DNA from: Octopus sinensis
Taxonomy: Eukaryota
Direction: 5' to 3'
NCBI RefSeq assembly: GCF_006345805.1
Contig: NC_042997.1
Span: 27,962,001 to 28,026,000 of the forward strand
DNA length: 64,000 nt
Shown here: one piece after another, positions 26,632-38,378 of the stretch
Layout of the letters: each line of letters starts with the position of its first letter
How positions within the stretch are numbered: position 1 is the first letter of the stretch
Position numbers and translations under genes: made by a program
The notes under the pieces: model-generated
What the model was told of the DNA's origin: nothing
Seen by the model: the letters and a program-made list of their open reading frames with translations, nothing else
The model's database searches: none

Positions 26632-26895
26632 TTGTATGTATGCATGTATGTATGTATGTATGTATGTATGTATGTATGTATATATGTATGTATGTATGTA
26701 TGTATATATGTATGTATGTATAAAATACATTATATTTGCTTTGTGCAAATGTATGTATGTATGTATGTATGTATGTATGTATATATGTATGTATGTATAA
26801 AATACATTATATTTGCTTTGTGCAAATGTATGTATGTATGTATGTATGTATGTATATATGTATGAATGTATAAAATACATTATATTTGCTTTGTA
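26632..26895. repeat. Minisatellite: three units of (TATG)n + TATAAAATACATTATATTTGCTTTGT
   Basis: The unique 26-nt core is repeated at about 26720, 26796 and 26870. Confidence 0.85.
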
Positions 26896-28989
26896 CAGCT
26901 TAATGTGCATGATTCTAACAGGGCCCATATATTTTTAATGTTTTCAGAATTACCTGAAATATTTCTGAAAAATATACACTGACACGAACATATACATACA
27001 TGGAAACCACACGCTCACATACCTCCTACATACTCAAGATAAACTCATATATATATATATAAATATATATATATATGTGTGTGTGTGTGTGTAAGAGACA
27101 GAGCGAGAGAGAGTGCGTGTATATGTGTGTGTATGATACACATACACACACATATATATACGCACACATATACATGCTTTATGATTTCACATTATACTGT
27201 ATATGTAGAAGAATAAAATACTTTGGGTATACCTTGGGAATATTTTTCGGCCAAAGCACCATAAAATATTTATATTAAATCTATATATAATCTGTGATAA
27301 ATGTCCATAGTCTAATTCAAATAAAATAGGATTACAGTTGAAAATAAATATAAATTTAGACTCTCGAAATGAAACAGCTAATAAACAATGATTTCCAAGC
27401 GAAGCCAGAGTGTGATATTAAGTAAATTGATATTCAAAAAGAGTATCATATAATGCAAATGTTTGGTTTATAGGAGCAAGAATTTTTAAACATCGATTCA
27501 AGTTTTTTTGGTTATTCATTCAATTTTTCGCTATGATTCAACATCTAATAAAGGAAACTGCACCGACGAAATGAAAATGATTTGAATATGGGCAAAAAAT
27601 TAAGTTTATGCCCCTTTATATCTCAAAAAGTTAGAAATTATTAATTACACACCCGAATTTTCTATCAACAACACTTATGTTCTAGATATGTCTACTACTC
27701 GTTATTATTGAAAGTTTTGTGATGGCATTGCATATTTCCAATTGCAAAATTAAATATAAGCATTCTTTCTTTATACAAAAGAATGTTAATTTACAGAAGA
27801 ATGTGTCATCGTACTTCGTAAACTCATTTACGATGCAATGTGTATCCCATAATACAAGAAAATTAGGTTCATTACAAAATGTATTAGGAAAGGAAATGAG
27901 AAGATTTCTATAATTATCCAGTATATTATTGCAATTATCATTCAATTATCTTGCCTATGGTACATCCAAACTGACGGAACCTGCCTAAACTATAATTTCC
28001 TCGAATAGATTAAATCTATTTTAATCTCCATTCAGAAACACTATGAATTTGCAACGAGCCAACGAACGGTCCTATACTTGATCGTTTAAAATGTTAGACA
28101 TAGCAACTAATCAACACTACTGACTAAGAAAAAGACAGTAGATAATAAACTTCTGGGATATAAAATACAGGAGAAAATTACAGGACATTCATAGCTGTAA
28201 TATTTTTGATCATAGGTCTGTCGAACTAGATTGACATAGGAATATGCAATAATAAATCAACCCATTTGCAAAGTATACTTACATACAAACGCATTTAAAT
28301 TTTTATACAGATACACAAGCGGACATACAGGCATTAACATATACACAAACAATTAGGAAAGGGAACGAAAGTAGCGCTCACTACATGTTATTCTATTTGC
28401 AAGTACTTAATAAGCTGACTCAGGTGTGCATTACTATTCAGACTTCTGCAAGTGCTGATATGTATCGATATCTTCAGGCGTACGTAGTCAAACAAGATGT
28501 GTTGAAAGATAGCTTCTGAGATGACTGATTTGATTTAACAGCGACATCAAATAATTTGTCTACTTATGTTTGTTGTGTTAGTTATTGTCGGCTGTAAGGT
28601 AGTATTTGGGTTTCGTAATTGTTTAGTTACATACGATGAAGGTATCCATAGGGCAACCAGAAAATTTTTACAATGCAATAGTGCATGCACCCGTATGTAT
28701 GTATGTATGTATGTATGTATGTATGTATGTATGTATGTATGTATGTATGTATGTGTGTATGTATGTGTGTATATATGTATGTATGTGTGTATGTATGTGT
28801 ATGTAGTATGTATGTATGTGTGTGTATGTATGTGTGCATGTATGTGTGTGTATGTATATATGTATGTATTATGTATTTATGTATGTATATATTTATGTAT
28901 GCATGTGTGTGTATGTATGTATTTATGTATTTATGTATGTGTGTGTATATGTATGTATGTATGTATGTATGTGCGTTTGTGTGTTTGTG

Positions 28990-29110
28990 TGAAGCTTCAT
29001 GGTCTAGTGGCTAGGCCATTGCACTCACGATCGTGGGATAATGGTTGCATTTGCTGGAATGAGTGATTTCGTTGTGTACTCGAGCGAAACACTTCATCTC
29101 GTGATCATTT
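28990..29110 (+). mobile_element. Degenerate tRNA-derived SINE head
   Basis: ATGGTCTAGTGGCTAGG...CACGATCGTG...GTTGTGTACTCGAGCGAAACACTT resembles the family C head at 55522. Confidence 0.55.
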
Positions 29111-29204
29111 CATCCCTTCATGTATGATACACCGTGCACCTGTAGAGGTAATGTTCATTTGATGGAGAGATTTAGCTAATGTACACTCCCCATTATTAGT
29201 TTCT

Positions 29205-29520
29205 AAATTCCCGCGATTGTAATGTGTGGGGCTCATTTGAGAAAGATGATACCCGCTGTGCCTGCAACAGCAAGGTCGAGATGGTGGCCAACATCAAGGA
29301 AGTATTGGAAGAGCTTCCAACGGACACAGTCTGAAACACGTTAGCCAGATTCTGGGGTTATCCTGAGTCCGTGATTGAAGCTAAGGTTGGCTTCTTTGAG
29401 TAAACTCTTATAACAAACTTGATATTAAATTTTTTTTAAAAATACAATTTCCTCTTGGATGGAGTATTGTCTTTTCCTTTCCTTTTATGCAAACTATCGC
29501 ATTTAGCCATGAGTATCCTC
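29205..29520 (+). mobile_element. Tc1/mariner-superfamily transposase 3' remnant (maT/DD37D-like)
   Basis: The translation NSRDCN-VWG...IKEVLEELPTDTV*NTLARFWGYPESVIEAKVGFFE* resembles NSPDCNP...VWG...RFRxRLEAVIEAxGGxFE*. Confidence 0.65.
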
Positions 29521-32002
29521 TATATATAATGAACACGAGCGTTAAATAACGTGTTATCACTTCTGATATTCTGTTTTGCGTCTCTTACAAATGACAAACT
29601 GGTTTGCTAGATTGTCTCTATTGAGTGGAATATACTTATTGATCTATGGTAAAACTGTTTTAAGAGAAATGGCTGAGAGGACCAAATCAATTTAAGCATA
29701 ATATTTGTACTAATTTCACTAGTTTTGCACACGACAGCAGCATGTGAACTTAGAAAGTAGCTACTTTTACACTATGACTATATACTTAATACGACACTGT
29801 GCGACTTCTATTTATCATACCACCATCATTTTGAAACCGCTTAAATTTTGACTTAAGTCGATTAAAAACATGATCAAATAATTCTTGTAGATTATGTTGC
29901 ATTATTTTATTTCTTCAGTTGTCTCTAGTGAATGGAATAAAATTTATGCATACCGAATTTTCAATTAGAACGTTGAGAGATATCTCTAAATGTTTTACAT
30001 CAATATATTTCTACTTTCGACTATAACTGCTAACATCAGAGCCCTTGTGTACTATATTATATTATATCATTAAAGCTTTATTTATCGCTTCATGAAGGTT
30101 TCTCGACCTTGTCAAGAGACATTTGTTTTAAAAAGCAGACATCACAGCGTTGAAAACTGCACATTATTTATATAACACTAATAAAGAAAAAAGAAAGAAT
30201 ATAAACGGTATCCACTTTCTCGAATAACTATTTAGGTTTTTATATTAATCATCCTATAGAACATCTATCATATTTTGCTATAAATTTCTCTATAATGAAT
30301 AGCAACTACATATGATATTCTTATATCTATTTTGCTACGGGAAAGCACGTACAGAACGAAAAAAAAATATATCTCTTTTGCTATTTATACATTTTTTTTC
30401 TTTCTGTTCTGAAAGTCAGAAAGTATTTTGGTTACTGAAATATAAAATGCGTGTGAGATCAAAGTATAAAAAGAAGCTAACATTGAAGTATAAAATACCT
30501 TGATGATTGACATTATGTACAAACGTGAAAAATCTGCTATATTACCAGTAATCTTTTATCATTTGACATGCAAATGATATTCAGCTTGAATGCTACCCCG
30601 CTTAAAATTTGCACATCTAAGTAATGAGCAGTTTATACAGCTATGGGTTTATATGAAATAAGCTATTGGTTATCTGAGCACAATTCATCAAATAAACGGT
30701 TGATAAGGAATGGAAAGTTGTAATATTAAAAACAAGGATAACATTGATATAATAGTAGAGGAAGAACAGATAAAAATCAGACAAGGACAAAGTGGAAAAA
30801 GGGGGAAAAAAAGAGAAAGAGGAGAGGGAAATATAAAATGATGGAATAGAAAATATAATTTTGTCCAAACGTTAATTGAAAAAAGCTACTTCCTTCAAAG
30901 AAATGCATGCATGTATGAATATCTATAATATATGTATCGATTTATATATGTTTGCTTCTGTTCCTCACACATACTTTCATACATACACGCATATACGTAT
31001 ACATGCACACGCACAAATTATACATGCACATATAAACTAACATGTATGTTCACACATACACACAAACACATGTGTACACACGTGTGCACAAACAATTAAA
31101 ATTATCCTTTCTCTTATGGAACTGAGCATGTTATGTGTACACATATATACTATAAAATAACGCGGTTTATCGTTATATTACATAGTCCGTGCTTGTATAA
31201 AATAGGCGCGGTGCCTTCTTACACATATCACATATTGAGAGCTCTTACTGTATGCCATACTGTGGGGATTCAGTTAATTGTATTGTCCCGCTGACTGCAT
31301 GAGCATTTTTGCCATGTATTTATGCTAATAATCAATATTGGTTGTGTTTTAACATTGTGTTAAATAACGATAAAATTGTATTCTTAATATTGTGGTGCAT
31401 TTAAATCAAATAATATTAAATCGTTGTCGTCTGCACGATATCATGGCACGGCATATTGTTACATTAGGAGATACTGGATAGTAAAACATACCTGTCCACG
31501 CACATAGCATTATCAACAAACACCTTCACACAGATACACATACACACACAAGTATACACACACTAAAACTGTGTATGTGTGAGTAGATGTACCTATATGT
31601 GCAAATGTATGCTAAAATGCGTGTGATTGTAAGGTATATAAAGATAAAGCTGGTGACAATAGTATTGACGTAAATGTGACGATAGCAGACAATTGTGTAT
31701 CGAATTTTGGAGATAAAAACCGTGAAATATCTCTGATGCCGATACCAACTTTCCAAATTCCATTTACTTCGGTATATTCTTTAAATAGCTTACCTGCTAC
31801 ACATTTATTCTTTCATCTGTATCCTCACATCATTTATGGACATGTTGCAATAAAAATTTTAGTACGCATGCGCGCACGCACAGATATTCGTTTGTTTGTA
31901 TATGAGTGTGTATGTGTGCGTGTATATACATATGTGTATATGTAAATATATATGAAAAAACAAGCCAAGATAGAAAATGCTAAAATAATTTTATAAAGAA
32001 CA

Positions 32003-32046
32003 TTTCGGTACCGGTTTCGGTCATTTTGAGACCTTTTCAACTGTAA
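32003..32046 (-). ncRNA. Minimal hammerhead ribozyme with U3-A8 core variant
   Basis: Minus strand: UUACAG UUGAAAA GGUC ucaaaau GACC GAAAC CG GUA CCGAAA. Stem I pairs 4 of 6, stem II is 4 bp, and stem III is the palindrome ACCGGU. Confidence 0.7.
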
Positions 32047-32180
32047 CGATTAAATAATTAAATTTAGAAAAATTAAAAGAAAAGTTTTTTTAAAGGAATA
32101 TTTGTATAGTGTTCAAATATAAGTGGCATTCTGCCTTTCTCTGTCTCCCTTGTTTGCACTTGTGTGTTCGAGGTCATATA

Positions 32181-32250
32181 TATAATTGTCACTAAATACG
32201 ACTAGGGTATTTGAACACCTACACCCTAGTCATATTTAGTGGCAATTATA
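32181..32250. repeat. 70-bp hairpin (28-bp arms, 2 mismatches)
   Basis: TATAATTGTCACTAAATACGACTAGGGT, a 14-nt loop, then ACCCTAGTCATATTTAGTGGCAATTATA. Confidence 0.85.
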
Positions 32251-32337
32251 AGTTTGCTTTTTGGTAAAACATTGCACAAGGCTGTCTATATTAAATTATT
32301 ATTATATTATATATTATATTATATATTAAATTATTAT

Positions 32338-32482
32338 ATCACTTAGCGGTTCGGCAAAAGAGACCGATAGAATAAGTGCTGGGCTTACAAAGAATAAGTC
32401 CTGGGGTCGATTTGCTAGACTAAAGGTTGTGCTCCAGCATGACCGCAGTCAAATGACTGAAACAAGTAAAAGAGTAAAAGAG
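32338..32482 (+). mobile_element. SINE family A, 3' half
   Basis: CACTTAGCGGTTCGGCAAAAGAGAC...CAGTCAAATGACTGAAACAAGTAAAAGAG matches 38248-38378. Confidence 0.85.
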
Positions 32483-32497
32483 TATGCATGTACATAT

Positions 32498-32544
<47 letters not shown>

Positions 32545-33125
32545 TATAATAATTTATTCTCAGATGCATGATAATGCTAATACAATAGCATGGACAGAAA
32601 AATATCGTTACCTTCCAGCCTTGAGACTCGAATTGGCATGCCTGGGACTACGCGTCAAGTGATTTACCTTTAAGCTAAACAGCCCGGTATCTAATTGTTC
32701 TGCAATATATGGATAGTTTATCCTCTTCATGCTATTGTGTTAGCATCATCCTGCGTTTGAGAATAAATTAATTCTCTATCTTCCAATATATCTCAACGCT
32801 TCTAAAGCAAACTTTGTTTATTTACTTTCATCTTAAGTTGAATTTAACCTTAGTGTCTAATAAAGTTAGAACTATAAATCCTAAAATTGCAGAAAAATTC
32901 GTTACTAGAAAGTTTAATCTAAAGTACTTGACGCGTAATTACAGGGATGTGAGTTCGAGTCTCATGGCTGCCAAGTAACGATTTTTGTGCAGTATATGGA
33001 TAATTTATCCTGTTCATGCTAATAATTCAGCATTATTATGCGTTTGAGAATAAATTAATTCTGTATCTTGCAATACATCTCAACGCATCTAAAGCAAGTT
33101 TTGTTTACTTTCATCGTAAGTGGAA
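32545..33125. mobile_element. Compound element: inverted tRNA-like unit plus two direct repeats (32700-32842 / 32988-33125) with a second tRNA-like unit
   Basis: 32549-32592 is the reverse complement of about 32728-32770. ACTTGACGCGTA...TTCGAGTCTCA.GGCTG..AGTAACGA occurs on the minus strand (about 32605-32662) and the plus strand (about 32927-32982). Confidence 0.65.
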
Positions 33126-33879
33126 TATATATATATATGTGTGTGTGTATGTGAATGTGTATGCGTAGCGTGCGTGATATGACATTTGAAGTGACCACTG
33201 GTCACACACTAGCCCGTGTGTCTACACTGGCAGCCTCAGCCTGTAGCAGCTGTATCAAGAACGAGGCATTGCAAAAGTTGCTACATAACTTCATCAGAAG
33301 AGACAAAAGTCAAGCAATAAAAGTCAAGCTCTTGCTGAAGAAAAAAATGTATGTATTAGACAAAAAAAATTTTTACTTGTGCAAAGCCGTAAAGAAAAGA
33401 AAATAATTGTGAACCGAAAATAATTGTACTAAATAAGAATGGGTGGGGTATTTTGGGTGTATGCTTGGGGAAATTCCAGGAAAAAGTGATTGATCACAAA
33501 AGGTTTCTATATTCTCCAAAGTGAGAAAAATAAAATAGGTTATATCAATATGTGAGCTATTTAGGAACTGGGAAATGGCTCTGATAGAGCAGACTATGTG
33601 TACCGTTGACGCAATAATAATAGTGTTAATGAAGAAAAGAGGAGGAAGAATTGGGTGGGGGAGGATGTTGATGATGATAATGATGACCATGATGGTGATA
33701 AGAAGAAGAAAAGGCTTAGGTAAGGAGAAAAATGAGATGAAGGAGAAGAGGAGGTGGAAGATTAAGAACACAAATGTCATATGAGATAAGGAAACATTGA
33801 TAAGGGAATTTGATGAAACAGATATGGAAATCCTTAGGAATAAATGAATAAGACACGAAAGAAAGAAACGCCTAACAAC

Positions 33880-34530
33880 GAATAATTAAAGTGCATTAGA
33901 TTAAAATTTTAAACAAAGCTAAATTACCACCTCCACTTCCTCCCCAAAAGATAAGAAACCAAGGTAATAGCCGTTAATAATCTCGCTAATAATATATCGT
34001 AGTTATAAGATTCTCAGATTGAAGCTAAATAAACTTCCAAAACAAAACAAGAAAAAGATGTAATAACTGCATTTATAATACAACACACAAAATCTGACAT
34101 AAAAAGATTATATTTACCGTGAATAAGGAAGATGTATGGTTCTAAACGCTACAAAATTTGAACAAAACGAAAGGCTATTTTGTCTTCAAAGACGCCAAGA
34201 GAGATTGTAGTAATAGATAGTTGCAAAAAGAAAATGAAAACAACGGAAATTGTGCAGAGACCAAAAACTCATCAAAAGAATATCATGCCAAGGCGATGGC
34301 AAGAATATCTTCTGCATGGAAAATTTTGGACGAATTGTAAAATAAAGAAAATCAAAAGGTTGCTTGAGAAACACGGAATCAAAGCGGAAACTTGATTCTT
34401 AATTATGAAACAGAATCCAAAATTCCCTACGTGACGTATCATAAAGTAAAACGCGTTAACTGCAAAGTGTACAATGAAAGGGAAGAAAACATTAGCAAAA
34501 TAATGTCTAGATATTCAGACTTAGTATGTG
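33880..34530 (+). pseudogene. Decayed R4/Dong-like non-LTR retrotransposon fragment (post-RT region to zinc knuckle)
   Basis: The fragments HTKSDIKRLYLP*, RWQEYLLHGKF, GIKAET*FLI and NCKVYNEREENISKIMS match, in order, HPKADxxRLYLPR...WxxKPLHGxF...GLKxETEGFI...CRxCxxxEETIxHIxS. Confidence 0.6.
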
Positions 34531-35220
34531 TAGTTTCAAGTGTATGACAGACTCAGAGGCGTTTATTCAATGTAAAAGATGAGAACTTTAGGAAACTAAG
34601 AAAAAAAGCCATTCTAATCATACAACACGAAAAATCTCAGAGATGGATAGAGAGACAATACAGTGCATTATGTCCATCCATATAGACAAGGAGATTAAAA
34701 CTAAATTGCTGATGATTCTGGTTAAGGAATTGACACTCAATCAAAATATCAATTGCTACTACGGTAGTATATAATTATTACCTGTTATTAACATACATTA
34801 TCATTATGGCAAGCTTTCGCAAGCTTTATAGAGAACTTAACGTGAGTGTTTTGTTTGTTAGAATGCCGAATAATGCAATATGAGGACCTCCCATGTGGAC
34901 ATATAGTGCCTAAAAGTGCACATATTTTTTTATCGTAGTCTAGCGAGAATCGCCTGATGCGGTCGCTAGAAGTATTAGATCTCGTCATTTCGACGTACTC
35001 TGTCTCTTTAGGGATAGCTGTCTCTTAGTTACATCCCGGCCAAATCTAATTGCCAATGATATATATATAGAATCCCAGTGATTTATCAGACAACAGATGT
35101 CGCAAATATCATTAACTTATATAAAATAATTATTCGAAACAGAAGTGTGAATACCAATATGATTCCAACTGAGGTAGATATTGCAGTATTTACGGTAAAG
35201 GGACATCGCATATGGACACA

Positions 35221-35290
35221 TGGTGCATAAAAGTACACATATTTATATTATTGGCGTCAACGATATAAATATGTGTACTTTTATACACCA
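35221..35290. repeat. 70-bp hairpin (28-bp arms, 1 mismatch); the left arm has a direct relative at about 34884-34925
   Basis: TGGTGCATAAAAGTACACATATTTATAT / ATATAAATATGTGTACTTTTATACACCA. Confidence 0.85.
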
Positions 35291-35617
35291 AGCGTATATA
35301 AAAGAAGTCCTCACAAGTGAATACTGCAGATTTCGACGTTCTTACAAGGCGTCCACGTTCAATTGAATATAAAGGCTGTCCTATAATTCTGTGACAAAGT
35401 ATCTCAAGAAGAAACGGAGGAATTATTTTAATACAACGAACTGGAAATAATGATGAACTGAATGCGTAAATTTTAACTCAAGCATAATCATTAAGATAAT
35501 TAATAACCATGAAACTAGCATCCAAATATATCGCCAAACGTTAGGGCGTCAGAATATGCAGGCTTCCAAAAGAGTAATTCATGTAGAGAAAGTACAGTCA
35601 TTAAGTACTACTATCTC

Positions 35618-35629
35618 AGTGGTAGTAGC

Positions 35630-35680
<51 letters not shown>

Positions 35681-35860
35681 AGTAGCAGCAGCAGCAGCAG
35701 CAAGAACGATGTGAAACAGAACGCGAGGATTTAAAAGAATCAGAAGAAAAGAACAGAAGAAGAAGAAGAAGGAGAAGAAGGAGGAGAAAAAGAAGAAGAA
35801 GAAGAAGAAGAGAAGAAGAAGAAGAAGAAGAAGAAGAAGAAGAAGAAGAAGAAGAAGAAG
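35618..35860. repeat. (TAG)n/(CAG)n and (AAG)n microsatellites
   Basis: Seen directly in the sequence. Confidence 0.95.
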
Positions 35861-35971
35861 CATTAACGGTTGTGTCAGCTCGCCGCCTTAAGAGGTTAGG
35901 AAGCTAGACATAGTCTAAATTGAGTAAGAAAACAAACTATGTCCTGCTGACAACAAGGTATGAAACAAAGC

Positions 35972-36019
<48 letters not shown>

Positions 36020-36023
<4 letters not shown>

Positions 36024-36200
36024 GTTTTAAATTTTGCTACATGGGCAGTAATTTTGGGGGAGTTACTTATTTTATCGACCTTAAAAGGATGAAAGGTCAA
36101 GTCGATCTCGAAAGTATTTGATTTCAGAACGTAGCGGCGGGTGAAATACCGCTAATCATCTCGTCCAGCGTGTTAACGATTCTGGCAGCTCGCCCCCTTA
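36020..36200 (-). mobile_element. SINE family D copy
   Basis: TTATCGACC...GGATGAAAGGTCAAGTCGATCTCG...GTTAACGATTCTGGCAGCTCGCC matches 4140-4268. Confidence 0.8.
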
Positions 36201-36431
36201 TTGATGATAGTAATCCTTTCTGAAATTGTTTTTGGTGGGAGTGGATAGTCGATTACATCGACCGCAGTACTTGCCTCTATGTGCAAAATATGCTGCAGAA
36301 CCAAAATATATGTGCAAAACCAAATATATGGAACCCTAGTCATAATATCAACTTAAGCTTCTAACTTGTCTCTTGAGATCTCTGGGTGAGGCTTGGAGTC
36401 AACTTGTACAAATACAAAGCCAAGATCAAAC

Positions 36432-36732
<301 letters not shown>

Positions 36733-36734
36733 TT

Positions 36735-36918
36735 TCTACTCTAGGCACAAGGCGTTGAAAATTTTTTGGGAAAGGGATTAGTCAATTATATCGACCCCAG
36801 TGCGTAACTGGTACTTATTTCATCGATCTCGAAGGATGAAAGGCAAAGTCGACCTAGGCGGAAGTTGAACTTAGAACGTAGCGAAGTCTTGTTAACGATT
36901 CTTCAAGCTCGTCGCCTT
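36735..36918 (-). mobile_element. SINE family D copy
   Basis: TCGACCCCAGTGCGTAACTGGTACTT...GGATGAAAGGCAAAGTCGACC matches 4110-4200. Confidence 0.85.
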
Positions 36919-37982
36919 AACAACAACAACAACAGCAACAACAACAAGGATAATGATGATGATGGTGATGTTGATGATTAATTTATTTATTTAAAATATT
37001 AGTAATAAAGAAATTGTGAAGAAGTTGTAGGAGAAAAGACAGAAGCGGAAGAAAAGTAAAAAAGTGGAAGATGATGAAAAAAAAAATGGAAAGAGGGGAA
37101 GAAGAATTGGTGAATGAGAATAAGTAGTAAATATTTTTTATATGCTAATATAATTTATTTGAGAAAGCTAATATCAACAATTTGTCAGAGGTGTATTAAC
37201 ATCGAATAATACTCTATAGTTTAACAAATGGAAACATCTCAAATGTAATCTGTTGCATCGTTGTTCAAATCTATCAGCTTTATAATTCTGATCTAGAATG
37301 CCGTTCTAATGGTCGAAAGACTTTCTGTTACGAGGAATAGATGCTATATTTGACAACCCCGTGGAATTGATGAAGAAATTATTTATGCAGCCAATAGATC
37401 TTTATCATCCTATTGAACGAAAGCTTCACGTTTGTTACAACCTATACTAATTCCGAGTATGATCGTTGACAAAAGAGTTACGCGAGAATATGCACAAAAT
37501 ATACGGACGTTTAAGAAAATGGAAGACAAGTGTTTGTTGCTAAAGTTAATGATGTTTGTCTTGTTGCCATCGAAATACATCGCTAATTACTTGGCTTTGT
37601 ATCAGTGGAAAGTTAAGAAAATGACCATTTTCGAACATGCATGTACATGTATATATCTATACATAGAAAGCAGTTGTATTTGGTTGGTAGAGAGAGAGGA
37701 AAAAATATCCTTTAGCTGTGGGTGTTAGTTGCTCAGCGCCTGTGGAAATTCCGCTCGAAATTATTGAGAAACGATACATTTATGCTCAATTACTTCAAAA
37801 GCCACAATATCGCTACCCAGATTGCAAATTAACATTTGAACCAATAATCATGCGTACAGTTGATTATAGTAATAAAGATTTAGATGACAGATGAGGGAGG
37901 AAAAATGTTATACAACGAATGTGGCATCTGGACCGAATGCTACAAAATCAATCTGTACGAATAACGATATAAATATGCATAA

Positions 37983-38378
37983 GCGCAGGAGTGGCTGTGT
38001 GGTAAGTAGCTTGCTAACCAACAACATGGTTCCGGGTTCAGTCCCACTGCGTGGCATCTTGGGCAAGTGTCTTCTGCTATAGCCCCGGGCCGACCAATGC
38101 CTTGTGGGTGGATTTGGTAGACGGAAACTGAAAGAAGCCTGTCGCATATATGTATATATATATAAGTGTGTGTGTATATGTTTGTGTGTCTGTGTTTGTC
38201 CCCCTAGCATTGCTTGACAACCGATGCTGGTATGTTTACGTCCCCGTCACTTAGTGGTACGGCAAAAGAGACTTACAAAGAATAAGTCCCGGGGTCGATT
38301 TGCTCGACTAAAGGCGGTGCTCCAGCATGGCCGCAGTCAAATGACTGAAACAAGTAAAAGAGTAAAGAGTAAAAGAGT
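37983..38378 (+). mobile_element. Full-length tRNA-derived SINE, family A
   Basis: It has an A box TGGCTGTGTGG, a B box GGTTCAGTCCC, a CTTGGGCAAG core, an internal microsatellite and an (AAAGAGT)n tail. TATGCAT flanks both sides (possible TSD). Confidence 0.9.

Noticed and set aside
26632-26895. CRISPR-like repeat-spacer pattern
   Set aside because: The spacers are (TATG)n microsatellite, the context is eukaryotic and there are no cas genes.
33155-33406. 83-aa ORF with higher GC content as a possible host exon
   Set aside because: I recognised no domain, convincing splice-site pair or neighbouring exons.
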